NCBI GenBank assembly: GCA_965242525.1 | Contig: OZ251459.1 | Coordinates: forward strand, 1,952,001 to 2,016,000 | DNA from: an uncultured Candidatus Binatia bacterium | Lineage (GTDB): Bacteria > Desulfobacterota > Binatia > UBA9968 > JAJDTQ01 | DNA: 64,000 bases | Reading direction: 5' to 3' | Part shown: positions 59,451 through 64,000 of the stretch, piece after piece | Position numbering within the stretch: the stretch's first letter is position 1 | Layout of the letters: every line of letters starts with the position of its first letter | The notes under the pieces: model-generated | Seen by the model: the letters and a program-made list of their open reading frames with translations, nothing else | What the model was told of the DNA's origin: nothing | Database searches by the model: none | Program-made: the position numbers and the translations under genes

Positions 59451-62400
59451 ATGGCGGCAACGGACCAAAAGCTGACCGCAGCGGTGGAGACCTATTTTGC
59501 CGACCTGAGGCGGGTGCATGCCTCGGGCGGGGCCACCGGGGAGCGATCCAGCTACGGGCCGCTGGCGAACCTGCTGAACGCCGCGGGCGCGGCCCTCAAA
59601 CCCAAGGTGTTCTGCGTCCAGGAGTTGGCCGACCAGGGCGCGGGCCATCCCGACTTCGGCCTCTACGCGGCAAGGCAGGTCCAGCGGGGCCAACCGCGAG
59701 AGGGGCAGACGCCGGAGCGCGGCGTAGTGGAAGTGAAGGCCGCGGACGACGACGCTTGGCTCACCGCGGCAGGCGGTCAGGTAAGCCGCTATTGGGACCG
59801 CTACCGGCTGGTGCTGGTGACCAACACCCGCGATTTCGTGCTGATGGGCGAAGACGCGGCAGGCCATCCGGCGAAGCTCGAAACCTTCCGTCTGGCAGAC
59901 GGCGCGGACGACTTCCGGCGCAAGCTGGAGAAGCCCCGAGCCTTTGCCCGGGAAGTCGGCGCGGGCTTGGGCGAATACCTGTGCCGGGCGCTGTCGCACC
60001 GGGCTGCGTTGGCCGAACCCAAGGACTTGGCGTGGCTGCTGGCCTCCTATGCCCGGGATGGCTTGGCCCGCGTGGAGGCCGCGGGCGACGCGCTGTCGTT
60101 GGAGTTGGTGCGCAAGGCGCTGGAAGAGGCGTTGGGCGTCCGCTTTGAGGGAGAGCGGGGGACGCGCTTCTTCCGTTCGACCCTGGTGCAGACGCTCTTC
60201 TACGGCGTCTTCTCCGCCTGGGTGCTGTGGGCAAGGGTCGGCAGTCCGAACGTCCCTGCCAACGTCTCCCCTGCCAACGCCCCCCCTGGGAACGCGGGCG
60301 TCCCGCCCGCCTCTTTCCACTGGCGCGAAGCGGTCTGGCACCTGCGCGCGCCGGTGCTCCGAGCGTTGTTCCAGCAACTATCCGACCCCGGCCGCCTGCA
60401 ACCGCTGGGCTTGGTGGAAGTCCTGGACTGGACCGCCGCCGCACTGGACCGGGTGGACCACGCGGCCTTCTTCTCCCGCTTCCACGAAGGCGAGGCCGTG
60501 CCCTACTTCTACGAGCCCTTCCTCGAAGCCTTCGACCCCGAACTGCGCAAGCAACTGGGCGTCTGGTACACCCCTTCCGAAGTGGTGCGCTACATGGTGG
60601 CCCGGGTGGACCGGGCCCTGAAGGACGACCTGGGCATCCCGGAAGGGCTGGCTGCGGAGAACGTCTATGTGCTGGACCCGTGCTGCGGCACCGGGGCCTA
60701 CCTGGCAGAGGTCTTGCGCCGCATCGCCTCCAACCTGGAAGGGCAGGGATTGGGAGCGTTGGCCGGGGCGCGGGTGAAGCAGGCGGCCACCGAGCGGGTG
60801 TTCGGCTTCGAGATCATGCCCGCTCCCTTCGTGGTGGCTCACCTGCAAGTGGGACTGACCATGCAGGACTTGGACGCGCCCCTGGCGGATGACGGCGTGG
60901 AACGGCCCGGCGTCTTCCTCACCAACGCTCTCACCGGCTGGGAGCCGCACACCATCAAGCCCCTGCCCTTCCCGGAACTGGAGGAGGAACGGGACCGTGC
61001 GGAGCGGGTGAAGCAGGAGACGCCCATCCTGGTGATCCTGGGCAACCCGCCCTACAACGGCTTTGCCGGCATGGCAGTGGACGAGGAGCGGGAACTGTCG
61101 GAGTCCTACCGAAGGACGAAGCGGGTACGGCGACCGGATGGACAGGGGTTGAACGACCTGTACGTGCGCTTCTTCCGCATGGCGGAACGACGCATTGCGG
61201 AGAAGACCGGCCGGGGCGTGGTGTGCTTCATCTCCAACTACTCGTGGCTCGACGGCCTGTCGTTCACGGGGATGCGGGAACGCTACCTGGAAGCCTTCGA
61301 CGCGGTGCGCATCGACTGCCTGAACGGTGACAAGTACAAGACCGGGAAGGTAGCGCCGGACGGGACGCCGGACCCGAGCATCTTTTCGACGGAAGGGGAC
61401 CCGGTGGGCATACAGGTGGGGACGGCGATAGCGACGCTGGTGCGCAAGGCGGACCATGCGCCGGCGGAAGCGGTGGGTTTCCGCCATCTGTGGGGTCAGG
61501 GGAAGCGGGAGGAGTTGCTGGAAACCGCGGAAGCGGAGCCGGGCGCGGTGTATGCCGAGGTGTCGCCGCTCCTGCCGCTGGGCCTGCCGTTCGTGCAAAC
61601 GGCGGTGAGCGGGGATTGGTTCGATTGGCCGGCGTTGCCCGACCTGTTTCCGGTGTCGTTCCCGGGGGTGCAGACAAAGCGGGACTCGTTCCTGATCGAC
61701 ATTGACCTCGACCGCCTCAAAGCGCGGATTTCTGACTACTTCAACGGGGACCTGAGCCATGAAGAAATCGCCCGGCGATACCCCGGTGCGATGAAAAGCT
61801 CGTCAGGTTTTGTCGTACGCGACGCCCGTGCGGTGCGAGAGGCGCTGCTCGCCCGCGGCGGCCCGAACGAGGACGGCTTCATTCGCTTCGCCTACCGGCC
61901 GTTCGATAACCGGTGGCTGTATTGGGAGTCGGGACATGGCCTGCTTGGCCGTCCTGTACCCGACTACCGGCCTCATGTGTTCCAAGGGAACGAATGGCTG
62001 GTGGCACAGCAGAAACCGCGTCGGGAATGGTCGCCACCACAAGTGCTCTCGCATATTGGCTGCCTCGATCTCATGGACCGCGGTGCAACATGCATTCCCG
62101 CATGGCTCCGTGACGACAGCGAAGATAGCGGCCGCCGCCCCAATCTTTCAGGCGTGGCACAACGCTACCTCAAACGCCTCGACCTTGGGGTCGAGGACCT
62201 ATTCCACCACGTACTCGCCGTGCTTCACGATCCTGCGTACCGGGAGGCCAACACCGAGGTGCTCCGCATGGAATGGCCTCGCATCCCGCTCCCCCGCTGG
62301 TCCGCTCTCGGGAACGCAAGCGTCTCGACAGAATCCGAACAAGGCTCCGTATCCCCGGACAGAGAGACCACTGAAGCGACGGAAATACTCGCCCGATCGG

Positions 62401-62867
62401 CCGCCCGTGGCCGCCAACTGGCGGCTCTGCTCGACCCCGATACGCCGGTCCCCGGGGTAACCACGGGCAGACTGCGCTCGGAGATAGCCGCCATCGCCGT
62501 TCCTGCCACCACGGACGGGCACAACATGACCGGTGACGACTTCGCGTTGACCGCCGGTTGGGGCCACTATGGAACGGGCGGCGCGGTCATGCCCGGCCAG
62601 GGTCTCGTCGAAGAACGCGCCGCTCTCGGCAATGCCTCCCGAACCATTGGCGAAACGACCTTCGACGTGTACTTGAACGGCCGCACCTTTTGGAAAAACG
62701 TTCCGGCCGCGGTCTGGGGCTACGAGCTCGGCGGCTACCAAGTCCTCAAGAAATGGCTCTCTTACCGCGAACGCGACATCCTCGACCGCCCACTACGACC
62801 GGAGGAGGTCCAGCACTTCACAGATACCGCAAGGCGCATCGCGGCGCTATTGATGGAGTCTGGCTGA
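59451..62867 (+). CDS. Single-chain restriction-modification enzyme (Type IIG/helicase-less Type ISP-like; N6-adenine MTase)
   Basis: N-terminal PD...EVK nuclease motif, YFYEPFL, GVWYTP, LDPCCGTG, GNPPY, YRPFD..W.Y, GGYQVL.KWL. Confidence 0.88.
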   Translation: MAATDQKLTAAVETYFADLRRVHASGGATGERSSYGPLANLLNAAGAALKPKVFCVQELADQGAGHPDFGLYAARQVQRGQPREGQTPERGVVEVKAADDDAWLTAAGGQVSRYWDRYRLVLVTNTRDFVLMGEDAAGHPAKLETFRLADGADDFRRKLEKPRAFAREVGAGLGEYLCRALSHRAALAEPKDLAWLLASYARDGLARVEAAGDALSLELVRKALEEALGVRFEGERGTRFFRSTLVQTLFYGVFSAWVLWARVGSPNVPANVSPANAPPGNAGVPPASFHWREAVWHLRAPVLRALFQQLSDPGRLQPLGLVEVLDWTAAALDRVDHAAFFSRFHEGEAVPYFYEPFLEAFDPELRKQLGVWYTPSEVVRYMVARVDRALKDDLGIPEGLAAENVYVLDPCCGTGAYLAEVLRRIASNLEGQGLGALAGARVKQAATERVFGFEIMPAPFVVAHLQVGLTMQDLDAPLADDGVERPGVFLTNALTGWEPHTIKPLPFPELEEERDRAERVKQETPILVILGNPPYNGFAGMAVDEERELSESYRRTKRVRRPDGQGLNDLYVRFFRMAERRIAEKTGRGVVCFISNYSWLDGLSFTGMRERYLEAFDAVRIDCLNGDKYKTGKVAPDGTPDPSIFSTEGDPVGIQVGTAIATLVRKADHAPAEAVGFRHLWGQGKREELLETAEAEPGAVYAEVSPLLPLGLPFVQTAVSGDWFDWPALPDLFPVSFPGVQTKRDSFLIDIDLDRLKARISDYFNGDLSHEEIARRYPGAMKSSSGFVVRDARAVREALLARGGPNEDGFIRFAYRPFDNRWLYWESGHGLLGRPVPDYRPHVFQGNEWLVAQQKPRREWSPPQVLSHIGCLDLMDRGATCIPAWLRDDSEDSGRRPNLSGVAQRYLKRLDLGVEDLFHHVLAVLHDPAYREANTEVLRMEWPRIPLPRWSALGNASVSTESEQGSVSPDRETTEATEILARSAARGRQLAALLDPDTPVPGVTTGRLRSEIAAIAVPATTDGHNMTGDDFALTAGWGHYGTGGAVMPGQGLVEERAALGNASRTIGETTFDVYLNGRTFWKNVPAAVWGYELGGYQVLKKWLSYRERDILDRPLRPEEVQHFTDTARRIAALLMESG

Positions 62868-62896
62868 AGCGTGAAATCCTGAAGATCCGTGACTTC

Positions 62897-64000
62897 TTAC
62901 CGTTTGAGCCAGTCGTCGATCTGACGACGATCCTCGCGCTCCTCGCTAGGTGTGTACACCGACCATAGGTCACCATATAGCGACTCGAGGTGACCTGCCG
63001 TCGCCGAATCCGGCTCCTCTGTGCTAGCCACTAGCGACAGTAACTTCAATGCCAAGATTTGATCGGTACGGTTACGCACCTTTGGAGGAAACGCGAGGAT
63101 CGCCATGGCTGTGTGTTCCGCCTCCTTGACCACATCTAGCATAAGCCATAATCGACCCCAACATCGTAATGCTTCCAAATCGACCTGCCTCCCATCGTCG
63201 TAACGCTCCGCCGCGATGCGGGCAAATTCACTCGCTATCACCTCGTCGCAATATGGATATTTCTTGTGTTTGCGATCATTCTTGAGTTTACTCTGGTCAT
63301 ATAGCCCCCATAAGGTACAAGCTTCAACCAAAGGATCACGTGCCTGCTTCAACAACCACGCTTCGCTAGGCTCGCCGAACTCTATGACCAAACGAGCAGC
63401 ATATTCCGCTACAACTGAGGTTTCGGAATGCCTATGGAGGTACTGCCCAGCAAAGCGAAGGTGAGCCCACAGCTTCTCGGCGAGCGTGCGAACCGACTCT
63501 GGGGTTGCCGCGCGGCCGAGATCCTTCATGGGTTCGATCGCGTGGAATGCGATGAGGAACCAGTGTTTCGTAGCCCGATCGGTGGCGATAAACTTCTTGT
63601 AATCCTCCTCCGCGTCCCACACACTCAGCGGCAACGCTCGGCACCGCTCCGAGACCCAAGTCGGCAGATCGAGGTCTTCCCACGACAATGCAAGTGTGAA
63701 GCCGAGGCTGCGCAACCACGCACGGTCCTCCCAGTCATTCCAATTCAGAAACATATTGCCACGTTCCAAGTGCTCGAACATCTGGCTATGTGCATCGAAA
63801 CTCCTTCGAGCTATCTCGACAGCCCGCGCTGGCTCTGCAGAACGTATCTCACGAGCAATATCGGCCAAATGCCGCGTCCAAGTCGGTCGTCGTGCCTGGC
63901 ATAATCCAGCATTGAGTTCAGCGAGTAAATCGTCAGACCACGACAGGCGAACGAGTCGCGCAAGCACCTCTGTACAGGCCTTTTCAAGCTGCTTGACTCG
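62897..64000 (-). CDS. C-terminal part of a large hypothetical low-GC protein; 5' end outside the window
   Basis: Frame is open to the window edge; helical-looking sequence; composition clearly differs from the core genes. Confidence 0.7.
   Translation of the reverse strand, partial: RVKQLEKACTEVLARLVRLSWSDDLLAELNAGLCQARRPTWTRHLADIAREIRSAEPARAVEIARRSFDAHSQMFEHLERGNMFLNWNDWEDRAWLRSLGFTLALSWEDLDLPTWVSERCRALPLSVWDAEEDYKKFIATDRATKHWFLIAFHAIEPMKDLGRAATPESVRTLAEKLWAHLRFAGQYLHRHSETSVVAEYAARLVIEFGEPSEAWLLKQARDPLVEACTLWGLYDQSKLKNDRKHKKYPYCDEVIASEFARIAAERYDDGRQVDLEALRCWGRLWLMLDVVKEAEHTAMAILAFPPKVRNRTDQILALKLLSLVASTEEPDSATAGHLESLYGDLWSVYTPSEEREDRRQIDDWLKR

Overview
High-GC (about 70% by eye) bacterial chromosomal segment. 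Gene order and the many TTT, UbiD and LLM genes suggest a deltaproteobacterial/Binatia-like organism (inference). From left to right it carries: a catabolic cluster (SDR, UbiD, two TctC, TctB, TctA, divergent LLM oxidoreductase); a long minus-strand housekeeping run (leuD, frameshifted leuC, truA, asd, leuB, leuA, pssA, psd, ilvC, ilvN, ilvB, DUF465, tsaB, rseP, dxr, cdsA, uppS, frr, pyrH, tsf, rpsB, rho, ribF, cpoB, pal, tolB, tolA, tolR, tolQ); pgk-tpiA-secG-tRNA-Leu; yggT and yggS; slt; egtD with an Fe-S oxidoreductase; an ABC binding protein and permease; two hydrolases; a small lower-GC islet (ABC-type ATPase with a TOPRIM-like partner, higA, higB remnant, amber-interrupted gene); cinA; an RND pump; a Type IIG/ISP-like restriction-modification enzyme; and a truncated low-GC gene. 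The most notable observation is an apparently complete leucine attenuator built into the 3' end of pssA just upstream of leuA: rare Leu codon cluster, antiterminator, terminator and an embedded sigma70 promoter. Other points of note are a probable ATC start for psd, a frameshift in leuC, a family of palindromic REP-like repeats, and a separate palindrome inserted in frame in the R-M gene.
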